Assembly: GCA_018821305.1 (NCBI GenBank)
Contig: JAHJMN010000046.1
Location: 15,894 to 79,893, forward strand
DNA length: 64,000 nucleotides
Reading direction: 5' to 3'
DNA from: Myxococcota bacterium
GTDB lineage: Bacteria; Myxococcota_A; Polyangia; HGW-17
Made by a program: the position numbers and the translations under genes. The notes under the pieces were generated by a model. It searched no databases. It had not been told where the DNA came from and saw only the letters and a program-made list of their open reading frames with translations. Below, piece after piece: positions 54,635-63,212 of this stretch; the stretch's first letter is position 1; every line of letters starts with the position of its first letter.

Positions 54635-55744
54635 TTATGGGCCCGAGCGACCAATGGGTATATCAAAGCCGGCTTTGCCACCGCTTACGCCGATTTCAAA
54701 GAAGTAACCCCACCAGTACAGCATGGATGCAACGACTTCGTCAACATGGTAGTAGCGGTCAAGGCCCATGGGCATTGTCTGATTTGCATCGTAATAATCG
54801 CCTGACCAGTTGTTCGGATCGTGGACAATGAGCCATTGTCCGTCATCAATGTAGCCTTTTACAATTAGAAAGTGACCGGAATCATATGAGTAAAAACGGT
54901 TGTAATGTGTTTCCGCCGGTACCATGGCCTGAGTGATGTAGCCCATATTGATACAGATAAGCAGAACGCTACCGTTATCAAGAGTATCAAGAATATTTTG
55001 TTTTGATGCTTCAAGGATACGCCATGGTGTTCCGAGGTTTGTGAGAGCCTGCTCAATATGGTTTGTATACCACCAACCTGTGTCACCGGGAGTTATTGTT
55101 GAGCGGATTGTTTCTACAGATGTGTTAAATGCTTCATCCCACCAGTGAGAGGCCATGGCAACGGAAGTGGGGCCGCAATTGGAACCTTCTGCGGGGCCCG
55201 TTCCCATTTGTGTCCGATACCACTCATAATTGCGGTTTGAGTCCGCAAAGCCTTCATTTATACATCCGTACTCCGGATAGTAGGTATAGCCTGATGCGCA
55301 ACTGCATCCTTCAATATCAACTCCCGGATCGCATATACATTCGGAAATACCTCCGATTGTTACGCAGGATGCTCCATCTTCGGGGCAATTATCGCAAACA
55401 GCTTCATCTAAAATGCAAAGTCCGCTGCCGGGAGCACAAACATAGCCATTTTCGCAGGGATTAGACCCGGGGCGGTAGCAGTCGTTTTCGCAGGTTTCTT
55501 CTTCTCCGCAGACCTGTCCCGCATCGCAGCCTTGAGAAGTTGTTTCGTCATTAATGCACTCGACGCAGCGGTAGAGCTCTTGCTCTGTATTATCTTCGAT
55601 GCAAATCTGGCTACCGCATGGATTAGTTGCGCAGGGGCCGGTCACATTATTTGTATTGTTATTATTGTTATTATTCGATTTGGAATCGTCACAGGCTGAT
55701 AGCAACCCGATAAATAAACTAAGAGTAAGAATGAAGTTTTTCAT
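54635..55744 (-). CDS. lipoprotein with Cys-rich EGF-like N-terminal region and C39-like papain-fold peptidase domain
   Basis: Lipobox 'GLLSAC' and a poly-Asn linker. 'GSNCGPTSVAMASHWW' resembles the catalytic Cys motif of Peptidase_C39-like domains, and the later 'SGHFLIVKGY' fits the catalytic His. Confidence 0.5.
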   Translation of the reverse strand: MKNFILTLSLFIGLLSACDDSKSNNNNNNNTNNVTGPCATNPCGSQICIEDNTEQELYRCVECINDETTSQGCDAGQVCGEEETCENDCYRPGSNPCENGYVCAPGSGLCILDEAVCDNCPEDGASCVTIGGISECICDPGVDIEGCSCASGYTYYPEYGCINEGFADSNRNYEWYRTQMGTGPAEGSNCGPTSVAMASHWWDEAFNTSVETIRSTITPGDTGWWYTNHIEQALTNLGTPWRILEASKQNILDTLDNGSVLLICINMGYITQAMVPAETHYNRFYSYDSGHFLIVKGYIDDGQWLIVHDPNNWSGDYYDANQTMPMGLDRYYHVDEVVASMLYWWGYFFEIGVSGGKAGFDIPIGRSGP

Positions 55745-55821
55745 AAAAATTCTCCTTACTTTATATACATTGAGAAATTGGCCTTTTCAAGGTCGAACAA
55801 CACTTTGTTACTTTACAGCAA

Positions 55822-56340
55822 CGCTCACTACTGAAATTTATGCAGGCGTCGAAAACACTCCGCTCACTACGTTTCGCTCTGTTGGGTAAATTTGTCGCTC
55901 ACTACGTTTCGCTGAAATTTACGTTGAGTTTGTCGCTCACTTCGTTTCGCTGGGGACTTTTTCAATTATTCAGCGGCCCAGATAACGCTCACTACGTTTC
56001 GCTCATTTCTGTTTGTGTTTTATTTGAAATGCCATTTTTAATAATGAAATTAATCTTCTCATATTAAATCAAGGAGAGCGCAGCTCTCCTTAAACCTCTC
56101 AGTTGGGGGGATTTCGATTTTCCCCCAATCCCCCTTGAATCGACGCAGAGGGGGCGCGGCCCCCTCTGGACTCCCCACGCCTGCGGCGTCGAAAACATTC
56201 CGCTCACTTTGTTTCGCTCTGTTGGGTAAATTTGCCGCTCACTTCGTTTCGCTGAAATTTACTCAGGCGTCGAAAACATTCCGCTCACTACGTTTCGCTC
56301 TGTTGGGTAAATTTGCCGCTCATTTTGTTTCACTTTTGGT
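55822..56340. repeat. cluster of 8 copies of the 18-mer CGCTCACTWCGTTTCGCT in ~88-bp units, interrupted by three GC-rich hairpins
   Basis: The 18-mers start at 55861, 55896, 55934, 55986, 56201, 56236, 56282 and 56317 (degenerate). The hairpins are at 56071-56091, 56103-56128 and 56146-56168. Confidence 0.9.
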
Positions 56341-56401
56341 AGTCGAAGGGGAGGGCAGGCCCCTGTTAAGACAGAGGCCTGTATTGAAATTTTCAGTGTG
56401 T

Positions 56402-58666
56402 TTATTTCTTATTGCCGTTGGGTTTTCGGTTTCCTGAGTTATTTCCTGGACGATTTCTGTTTGGACGGTTGTTGTTACCACTGCCCTGAGGTCTTGAGCC
56501 TGAGTTTCCAGTGGGTGTTTTTTGTCCATTATTTTCCGTTTCATTTCTAAGATTTACGGGAATATTAGTGATGGGACCGCGGCGCTTTGATTTTGAACGA
56601 TTTCTGGAATTACGATTATCTCCACCGGATTTCCCACCGGCGCTGGATTTGTCATTATTAATTACGGGTTTCTTTGGAAAATTCGAACCGGACTTATCAG
56701 TTCGGACATTTTCTACGGGAGCTTTTTCACTTGCAGGCTGTGTTTGTTTGACATCCTCAGATTTTGGCTTTTCCACTTCAACCGACTTTTCAGTTTTAGC
56801 AGCTTCAGGTTTCTTCTCTGAAACTTCAGGTTGTTTCTGAGCAACTTCAGTTTTCTTCTCTGAAACTAAAGGTTTAGATTCCATTGCAGGGGTATCATTT
56901 TGCTTTGCAGGGGATTTCTTCCGGCGAACACTGACACCCACGGGAGCGGGGTCCGCAACGGGAGCGGGGTCTGCAACGGGAGCGGGGTCCGCAACGGGAG
57001 CTGGTTCTGCAACAACAGCGACTTCCATAGTGCCTTTTGCTTCAGTTATCTGAGGTTGCTTTTTTCTTTTTGAAAGCCCGGAATTGATTACTTCAAGGAA
57101 CTTCAGAAGATTATCAGGATTTGAATCAGACTGTGAATCTTCAGTTTCGGATTGTTGCGCTGTTTTTTCTGCGGGCTGTTTGGGGGTCAGGGCAGGAGCA
57201 ACAACTGGAGCAACTACGGGTTTTTCAACTCGTTCACCTTTTCTTCTTCTTGATGAAGGCTTTGTTGTTTTTACACCTGAATCGGATTTGGGAGTTGCGT
57301 CCGAAACGGGAGCATGTTCTGATTTTGTTGGTTTATTCTCGGGAATTACTTCCTGAGGATTTGCATTTGTTTCAGATTTTGCAGCCTTTTGATTACTTTT
57401 AGATGTTTTAGCCGGTTTGGCTGCTTTTTCTTTCATTTTGATTTCATTCTCTGATTTATGATTCTTTGATTGTTCTGATATTTCATCAGCAATAGCATCT
57501 GCACCGGAAAGGATGTAGTTAGCATCAGAATAATCAATAGCAGTGAGGCCAATTTTCTTTATATCTTCTGAAACATCCTTTTCTTCTATTTCAATGGATT
57601 CGAGTTTCGGAATACGGGTATCGTTTGTAAGATCAATACGGTTTCCGTATTTAGTAAGCTCAATGGAGCTGGAAGGTTCAGGGGTCCGGTTTGTTCTTTT
57701 GCTCTTTTTTGCCCAGTTATCTGTATCAACATCTTCATCATCAATAATAACCGGCTTATTGTTCTCGCGGATGATGGCTTCCGCAACGGTTTTTCCCACA
57801 ACGGGCTGATCACCGATGCGGATCATGGGAACACCTTTTTTAATGGCTTCCATTTCTAAAAGCGCAAGGCGTTTTTCGGTTTTGTTCAATTCTTTCTGGA
57901 GGGTCTCGATCTCCCGGGTTGCCGCAGCCTGGCCTTCCCGGGCTTCACTGAGAGCGTTATCTCTCTCTTCAACAAGAAACTCCAGTTTGGATTTTTCCTG
58001 ATCATGATTTGTTCGTTCGGATTCGAGTTGTTTTGTGAATCCTCTTCGCGCTTCATCAAGGTTGTGAAGTATTTTTTCAGGTTCTCCTGAGGTGTTTCCT
58101 TCTTTGGCTTTAAGCTCTTCAATCTTTTTTTCAAGTTCAGTAATTTTTGTTTCTTTTCGTTCATTATCTCTCCGGAAATCCCTTGCTTCTTCTTCTATTT
58201 TGCGAAGGTCAGCTTTTACTTTGCCGACGGAAAAGCGGGATTCAAAAATTTCTTTTTCTGAAGCTTTGAGCTTCTGGGTCAGTTTAACTACTTCTTCCCT
58301 GAGTTCGGCATTTCGTTCTTCAAGGCGCTTTACTTCATTAACACGCTGCTGATCGGCACCGGCAAGTCGACATCTGACAAAGTCCAGTTCCTCATTGAGT
58401 TTTTTAAGTTCCTCATCGGAAAGATTGATTGCCACTGAGGTTTCGGATGCCGTTTCAGAGGACACGGATGTCGTTTCAGAAGTCACGGTTGAAGCATCCG
58501 GGGCAACTTGAGAATTATCAATTTTTACTTTCTTTACGAAATAACTGACAACTCCTGCGAGGACGTCTTCATCAGTCAGCAGTTCGTCTAAACTCAGATT
58601 GCGGTTTAGAAGCCATTGCAGGACTTTAACGGACCACTGGGCCTCAGATGGAAGATTCTTAATCAT
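56402..58666 (-). CDS. hypothetical coiled-coil protein with low-complexity Lys/Pro/Glu region and Arg/Asn-rich basic tail
   Basis: 754-aa ORF. It has a long heptad-like 'EELKKLNEELDF...LEKKIEELKAKE' segment, a (PAPVAD)4 tandem repeat, and the C-terminal tail 'NSRNRSKSKRRG...NRPNRNRPGNNSGNRKPNGNKK'. Confidence 0.65.
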   Translation of the reverse strand: MIKNLPSEAQWSVKVLQWLLNRNLSLDELLTDEDVLAGVVSYFVKKVKIDNSQVAPDASTVTSETTSVSSETASETSVAINLSDEELKKLNEELDFVRCRLAGADQQRVNEVKRLEERNAELREEVVKLTQKLKASEKEIFESRFSVGKVKADLRKIEEEARDFRRDNERKETKITELEKKIEELKAKEGNTSGEPEKILHNLDEARRGFTKQLESERTNHDQEKSKLEFLVEERDNALSEAREGQAAATREIETLQKELNKTEKRLALLEMEAIKKGVPMIRIGDQPVVGKTVAEAIIRENNKPVIIDDEDVDTDNWAKKSKRTNRTPEPSSSIELTKYGNRIDLTNDTRIPKLESIEIEEKDVSEDIKKIGLTAIDYSDANYILSGADAIADEISEQSKNHKSENEIKMKEKAAKPAKTSKSNQKAAKSETNANPQEVIPENKPTKSEHAPVSDATPKSDSGVKTTKPSSRRRKGERVEKPVVAPVVAPALTPKQPAEKTAQQSETEDSQSDSNPDNLLKFLEVINSGLSKRKKQPQITEAKGTMEVAVVAEPAPVADPAPVADPAPVADPAPVGVSVRRKKSPAKQNDTPAMESKPLVSEKKTEVAQKQPEVSEKKPEAAKTEKSVEVEKPKSEDVKQTQPASEKAPVENVRTDKSGSNFPKKPVINNDKSSAGGKSGGDNRNSRNRSKSKRRGPITNIPVNLRNETENNGQKTPTGNSGSRPQGSGNNNRPNRNRPGNNSGNRKPNGNKK

Positions 58667-58831
58667 TTCAATACCTCACGTTGTTTGTAGTTTTTATTTT
58701 CAGGATTATTTTGTTTCACTTTATGCACTTGTAAATCTGAAAGCCGGACTGCCGACTGCAGGACACGAACTAAATTCACCATGAAGTTTAATTGTTTTTG
58801 ATTTAAAAACAAGGCCTTAAAGTAAAAAAAA

Positions 58832-59683
58832 TCAAGAAACCGTGAATGTCACATTGTCAATAAGTCTTGTTCGCTGGAAAAATACGGCACATGCCAGAAC
58901 AAGATTTTTTGTTTCCGGGGTCGGAATAGTCAGTTTATCAGCATCAAGGCACTGAACATAATCAATTCTGCTCTGAGGGGCGTTGGCTTTTATGAAATCC
59001 GCTGCGAATAACTCAATTTCATCAATTCTAATGTCTCCTGCATGGTACTTATCCCGCGCAAGAAAAAGCCCGCGACTGAGACATACGGAGCTTTTCCTGT
59101 CGGCAGGTGAAAGATATGAGTTGCGACTGCTCATGGCAAGTCCATCGTTTTCCCGCACCGTTTCACCGGGGATTATTTCCACGGGATAATTCAGGTCTTT
59201 TACCATCTGCTTGATTACTGCAAGTTGCTGAAAATCCTTTTTGCCGAAAAAAGCCTTATCCGGCTGTACCATATTAAACAGTTTTGCCACTACTGTGGAA
59301 ACTCCGCGAAAATGTGATGTGCCGCGGGTTGCTCCGCAAAGGGGTTTTGTCAACTCCTGCACTTCAACATAAGTCTGGAATCCCCCGGGGTACATGGTTG
59401 CTTTGTCCGGAAAAAAGACTAAATCAGTTCCCGCATTTTCCAGTTTCTCAAGATCCCCTTTTTCATCCCTTGGATATCTATTCAGATCTTCTGTCGGGGC
59501 AAACTGGGTGGGATTAACAAAAATAGAAACAACGGTGAATTCGGTTGATTCCTTGCACATTTTTACCAGAGAAATGTGCCCTTCATGCAGAAAACCCATG
59601 GTAGGAACAAATCCGATGGTCTTTGTTTTCCTCACATCTGAAAGCAAGGATCTCAGTTTGGAAATATCCTTGAGAACTATCAT
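58832..59683 (-). CDS. panC: pantoate--beta-alanine ligase
   Basis: 'IGFVPTMGFLHEGHISLV' and 'VSIFVNPTQF' are canonical PanC motifs. Confidence 0.95.
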   Translation of the reverse strand: MIVLKDISKLRSLLSDVRKTKTIGFVPTMGFLHEGHISLVKMCKESTEFTVVSIFVNPTQFAPTEDLNRYPRDEKGDLEKLENAGTDLVFFPDKATMYPGGFQTYVEVQELTKPLCGATRGTSHFRGVSTVVAKLFNMVQPDKAFFGKKDFQQLAVIKQMVKDLNYPVEIIPGETVRENDGLAMSSRNSYLSPADRKSSVCLSRGLFLARDKYHAGDIRIDEIELFAADFIKANAPQSRIDYVQCLDADKLTIPTPETKNLVLACAVFFQRTRLIDNVTFTVS

Positions 59684-59724
59684 GTAAATACTCTCTTTTT
59701 GATTACGCCACTAACCCATTCAGT

Positions 59725-59835
59725 TGAACTGAATTTCAGGACACTATAATAATTTCAAGGCTTTCATTCTTAATGTCCTGTGTCGAATTTTGGTGAAAAC
59801 TTGAAAAGATCGTATTACAGGACATTAACTAAATA
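59725..59835. repeat. internally deleted copy of the subtype-3 TGTCCTG/CAGGACA element
   Basis: GAATTTCAGGACACTATAATAATTTCAAGGCTTTCATTCTTAATGTCCTGTGTCG...CTTGAAAAGATCGTATTACAGGACATTAAC matches 51760-51850. Confidence 0.8.
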
Positions 59836-59938
59836 CTACTTCTTTCAGGTAATGTCTATTATGTATTTCCACAGGAAATCCACAATGACGTAGCTTTCAA
59901 AGCAAGACAAGTATGTGGTGATATACAGCGGTGCACAT

Positions 59939-60285
59939 GTTAGACCGCTTGAGGAGTAATAAGGATCGAAATCTAAAAAGTGAATATTTTATTCCACTTT
60001 TGTAATTTTACTTTGATGTTAAATGGTTACGACCTGATCCTGATCTTGCCCCTGTTTCCTGACTGCCTGTCTACCTGTTTAAAACCTCAGGTCACCAGGA
60101 AATCAGTAGCAGCAAAAGGGAAATCAGGGGCTCTTTCCTGAAGCATTTCATTAAATTCGTATTACCTCAAAAGCGAAACAAAGTGAGCGATATCTGGGCC
60201 GCTCTAAACTTGAAAATGACCCCAGCGAAACGAAGTGAGCGGCAAAATCAACGTAAATTTCAGCGAAACGAAGTGAGCGACAAAT
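59939..60285. repeat. composite: ~140-bp element (cf. 2441-2577), CAGG-rich tract (cf. 20068-20175), then three inverted 18-mer copies (AGCGAAACRAAGTGAGCG)
   Basis: The 18-mers are at 60172-60189, 60225-60242 and 60262-60279. The segment 60181-60285 aligns with the reverse complement of about 55890-56005. The block ends exactly at the panB stop codon. Confidence 0.85.
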
Positions 60286-61068
60286 TTAAGGAAACTGATG
60301 GTTTTTGACATCGCTGTTATAGTCTGTCAATGCCTTCCGAATAACGGAACTCAAATCCGCATACTTCCGAACAAACGACGGAGTGAACCGCTCATCCATA
60401 CCGAGGAGGTCGTTAATTACCAGCACTTGCCCGTCACAGCGAGGGCCAGCTCCTATCCCGATGGTAGGGACAGCGACACTTTTTGTGATTCTATCTCCAA
60501 GATCATCCGGGACAGATTCAATCACAATGGAAAAGACTCCCGCTCTTTCCAGTTCCCGGGCCTGAGAAACGATTAAATCCGCCGTCTGAGCTGTCGTTCC
60601 CTGTTTGCGAAAACCTCCGAATGCATGAAATGATTGAGGTGTCAGCCCCACATGTCCCATTACGGGTATCCCGAGGGATGTAAGTTGACTTATAGCTTCG
60701 GTAACGATGCCGCCAGCGCCTTCAATTTTAACAGCGGCACATTTTCCCTGTTCCATAAGAGCAACAGCGTTCTCACATATTTTTTCCTTACTGACTTTTG
60801 ATGAACTGAATGGAATGTCAGATACGATCAGCGCTTTTTGTGCTGCTTTTGAAACTATTGATGTATGATAAATCATTTGTACCATATTAACAGAAAGGGT
60901 ATCCGGATTTCCCTGAAACACCATACCGAGACTGTCACCCACTAAAATGATATCAATTCCGCACTCGTCAGCTATCCGGGCTTGAGTAAAATCATATGCT
61001 GTAACAACACTCACTGGTGTTATTCCCTTCATTTTTACAATGTCAGGAACGGTAATTCTCTTTATCAT
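60286..61068 (-). CDS. panB: 3-methyl-2-oxobutanoate hydroxymethyltransferase
   Basis: 'VVTAYDFTQARIADECGIDIILVGDSLGMV' and 'VKIEGA' are canonical PanB motifs. Confidence 0.95.
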   Translation of the reverse strand: MIKRITVPDIVKMKGITPVSVVTAYDFTQARIADECGIDIILVGDSLGMVFQGNPDTLSVNMVQMIYHTSIVSKAAQKALIVSDIPFSSSKVSKEKICENAVALMEQGKCAAVKIEGAGGIVTEAISQLTSLGIPVMGHVGLTPQSFHAFGGFRKQGTTAQTADLIVSQARELERAGVFSIVIESVPDDLGDRITKSVAVPTIGIGAGPRCDGQVLVINDLLGMDERFTPSFVRKYADLSSVIRKALTDYNSDVKNHQFP

Positions 61069-61122
61069 CTTGAAACCTGTTTTCCAATAAGTTCGTGTTC
61101 TGTAATTCGCTTTACGATGGGG

Positions 61123-62727
61123 TCAGTCCTGAAAAGCTGCTGCGCCAAAACGGAACGGAGGCAGCATGTTCTTACTTTCCATGGTGCCTCCCTTGCGGAA
61201 CTCATTCTTATTACCTGCAAGGTCAATGATTTCATATCCACAAGGGATTGTTACTTTAAAATCATCGCCAGTAATGGATGGCAGGCATTTTACTGTAAGG
61301 GCTTTGCTTCCCCAGGGGGCCACTTTCATGGTTCCATAGATACCCTTTGCAGGGATAAACTGTTTTGGATTATTTTTTTCATCAAGTCGCTGGGCAAGGG
61401 TGGTTTCATTGACGGATTTGAAAATCTCACGGGCTTTTTGCGCTCCCGACGGTGTCGACATGGGCAATTTTCCCAGGGGAAGAAGTTCCGAATGAGCCAT
61501 GAGAATATAATAATATCTTTTCCACTTACTGTGAGCCACTTCCTCCGCCTGATTAATACCGTGAAAAACAAGATTTACGGAAACAGGAGTGAATTTCTCC
61601 ATCATTGTAGGTGTTTTGTTCACGGTTTTTACAATAATATCTTTAGTGTTATCCATAGGAGACACAACTTCGGCCATGAGCATGAAGGATGGATGATATC
61701 CCACAACCAATGACGCGGTAGTATCTCCGGAAAGTGCGATCAGGTACTGTGCTGAACCGTCCCATATTAAATCAACATACTTGAGTAATCGGGCCTTTTC
61801 GTCCGGAAGAAGATTCAAAGAAACCCCCTTTTTCATGACGTCGGGAACCTGAATATCGAAAAAATGAACCTGATTGTCAGTAGTTGTGTTTACTGCTACC
61901 AGTTTTCCGTCTCTGGAAACTCCAGCGGATAAAATTGTAGAAGCTTTTAGCTCTGCGGGCCAGCGATGCACGCGGTGAGCCACGGGGGTCAGGGGATAGG
62001 CTGCATTGAAAACTCTGAGTCCGTGGTTTGAGACGGCAGTAACGGTTTTAGCGACGGGGCTGTATGATAAAGCCAGTAGGTTCCCTCCGGGAATTTTTTC
62101 TTCGCTTACCACTGATGGCCCGCCCTTTGTGGTGAGATCGACGGTTAAAAGTATAGAAGGGCATTTATTGCCGGAACAATTGCCTTTAACTGCCGCGTAA
62201 AGTACCGGCGTATCTGAATTGAAGGCAAGGAACTGAGTTTCGCCTTTTTTGATTACAGCAAGTTCTTTCCACGTTAATGTGTCAAGAATCGCAAAGGAAC
62301 CTGACCCCGGTACGGCAACTGCTGCATAGCGCGATACATTAATAATAAGGGGAGCGGATGTTCCACCGGTATTGGATACAGTGACGGGACACTGACCTGC
62401 GGGAATTCCAAGGGGAACTCTGGAAATGATGCCGCCGTCTTCAGTTCTCGCGATAATTACAGTGGGTTTGTCACAGATACTGACTGTGGGTAGTCTGCCA
62501 AAGTTTCTGCCACGGATTACTACTGTTTCAGCTGTTGTGAAAACACCATCCGGAGCGAAATCCTTTAAAATCCCTTCCGTTGATGCAGGTTTTGTATTTC
62601 CGTCAATAACTCGAGTCACAACTGGTTTTTTAGATGATTCATCGAGATCCATAGTGGCGACTATTTTCCACGGATTCGGTTTTGAACACCCTAAAACAAG
62701 AATCAGAAGGGGGAAGTATTTTTTCAT
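61123..62727 (-). CDS. hypothetical lipoprotein (IPT/TIG-like N-terminal domain plus beta-propeller-like region)
   Basis: Lipobox 'LVLGC'. 'VVIRGRNFGRLPTVSICDKPTVII...CPVTVSNTGGTS' resembles an IPT/TIG domain. Confidence 0.7.
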   Translation of the reverse strand: MKKYFPLLILVLGCSKPNPWKIVATMDLDESSKKPVVTRVIDGNTKPASTEGILKDFAPDGVFTTAETVVIRGRNFGRLPTVSICDKPTVIIARTEDGGIISRVPLGIPAGQCPVTVSNTGGTSAPLIINVSRYAAVAVPGSGSFAILDTLTWKELAVIKKGETQFLAFNSDTPVLYAAVKGNCSGNKCPSILLTVDLTTKGGPSVVSEEKIPGGNLLALSYSPVAKTVTAVSNHGLRVFNAAYPLTPVAHRVHRWPAELKASTILSAGVSRDGKLVAVNTTTDNQVHFFDIQVPDVMKKGVSLNLLPDEKARLLKYVDLIWDGSAQYLIALSGDTTASLVVGYHPSFMLMAEVVSPMDNTKDIIVKTVNKTPTMMEKFTPVSVNLVFHGINQAEEVAHSKWKRYYYILMAHSELLPLGKLPMSTPSGAQKAREIFKSVNETTLAQRLDEKNNPKQFIPAKGIYGTMKVAPWGSKALTVKCLPSITGDDFKVTIPCGYEIIDLAGNKNEFRKGGTMESKNMLPPFRFGAAAFQD

Positions 62728-62735
62728 GTCTGTTA

Positions 62736-62975
62736 TCAGCCTTTCTGACTGTTTACAAAGCCGGCGATGGAGTTAATAGAGGCAAAATGACCGTCGAAAA
62801 CATGCTGGGCCGTAACCTCAATGTCATATTCTTCCTCGATTATGGAGATAATTTCAAGAAGCATCACGCTTTTGATTATTCGTTTGGCAACCAGATCCCA
62901 ACTGTAGTCCAGATCACCACTATAACCGGAAACATCAAGTACCGTATTTTCAATGTTTTTGAGGAGTTCTTCCAT
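62736..62975 (-). CDS. small acyl-carrier-protein-like protein (atypical)
   Basis: 79 aa. 'DLVAKRIIKSVMLLEIISIIEEEYDIEV' resembles the ACP helix II region, but with KS in place of the usual DS. Its stop lies 8 nt before the start of the downstream lipoprotein gene. Confidence 0.4.
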   Translation of the reverse strand: MEELLKNIENTVLDVSGYSGDLDYSWDLVAKRIIKSVMLLEIISIIEEEYDIEVTAQHVFDGHFASINSIAGFVNSQKG

Positions 62976-63212
62976 TTGTCGTCCTTTTCACAAATAATTG
63001 TTTACATCATGCCTGATGTCTGTTTAAAATCACTGGAAGTTTACGGAAACTAAAAACGGCAATGCTTTGTTAAAACCAAAGTCATCGCCGCGATTAGCAA
63101 ATAGATTCCAGTGAACACCAGTAATAATTTGCTACCAATACGGGCGTTATTCTGATAATGTCCCGAAAAACCCCGTTGACCGGATTATTAAAGTATTACG
63201 GGAGATCTTGCA

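Noticed and set aside
56071-56168. The three GC-rich hairpins as rho-independent terminators of the 754-aa gene
   Set aside because: They lie 230-330 nt downstream of the stop codon, and none is followed by a U-tract in the minus-strand orientation. I report them as part of the repeat field, not as terminators.
60982-61713. 243-aa + strand ORF spanning the panB start and the 3' part of the lipoprotein gene
   Set aside because: It is antisense to two well-supported minus-strand genes (panB and the 534-aa lipoprotein), crosses their intergenic region, and has a Cys/Phe/His-rich composition with no motifs.
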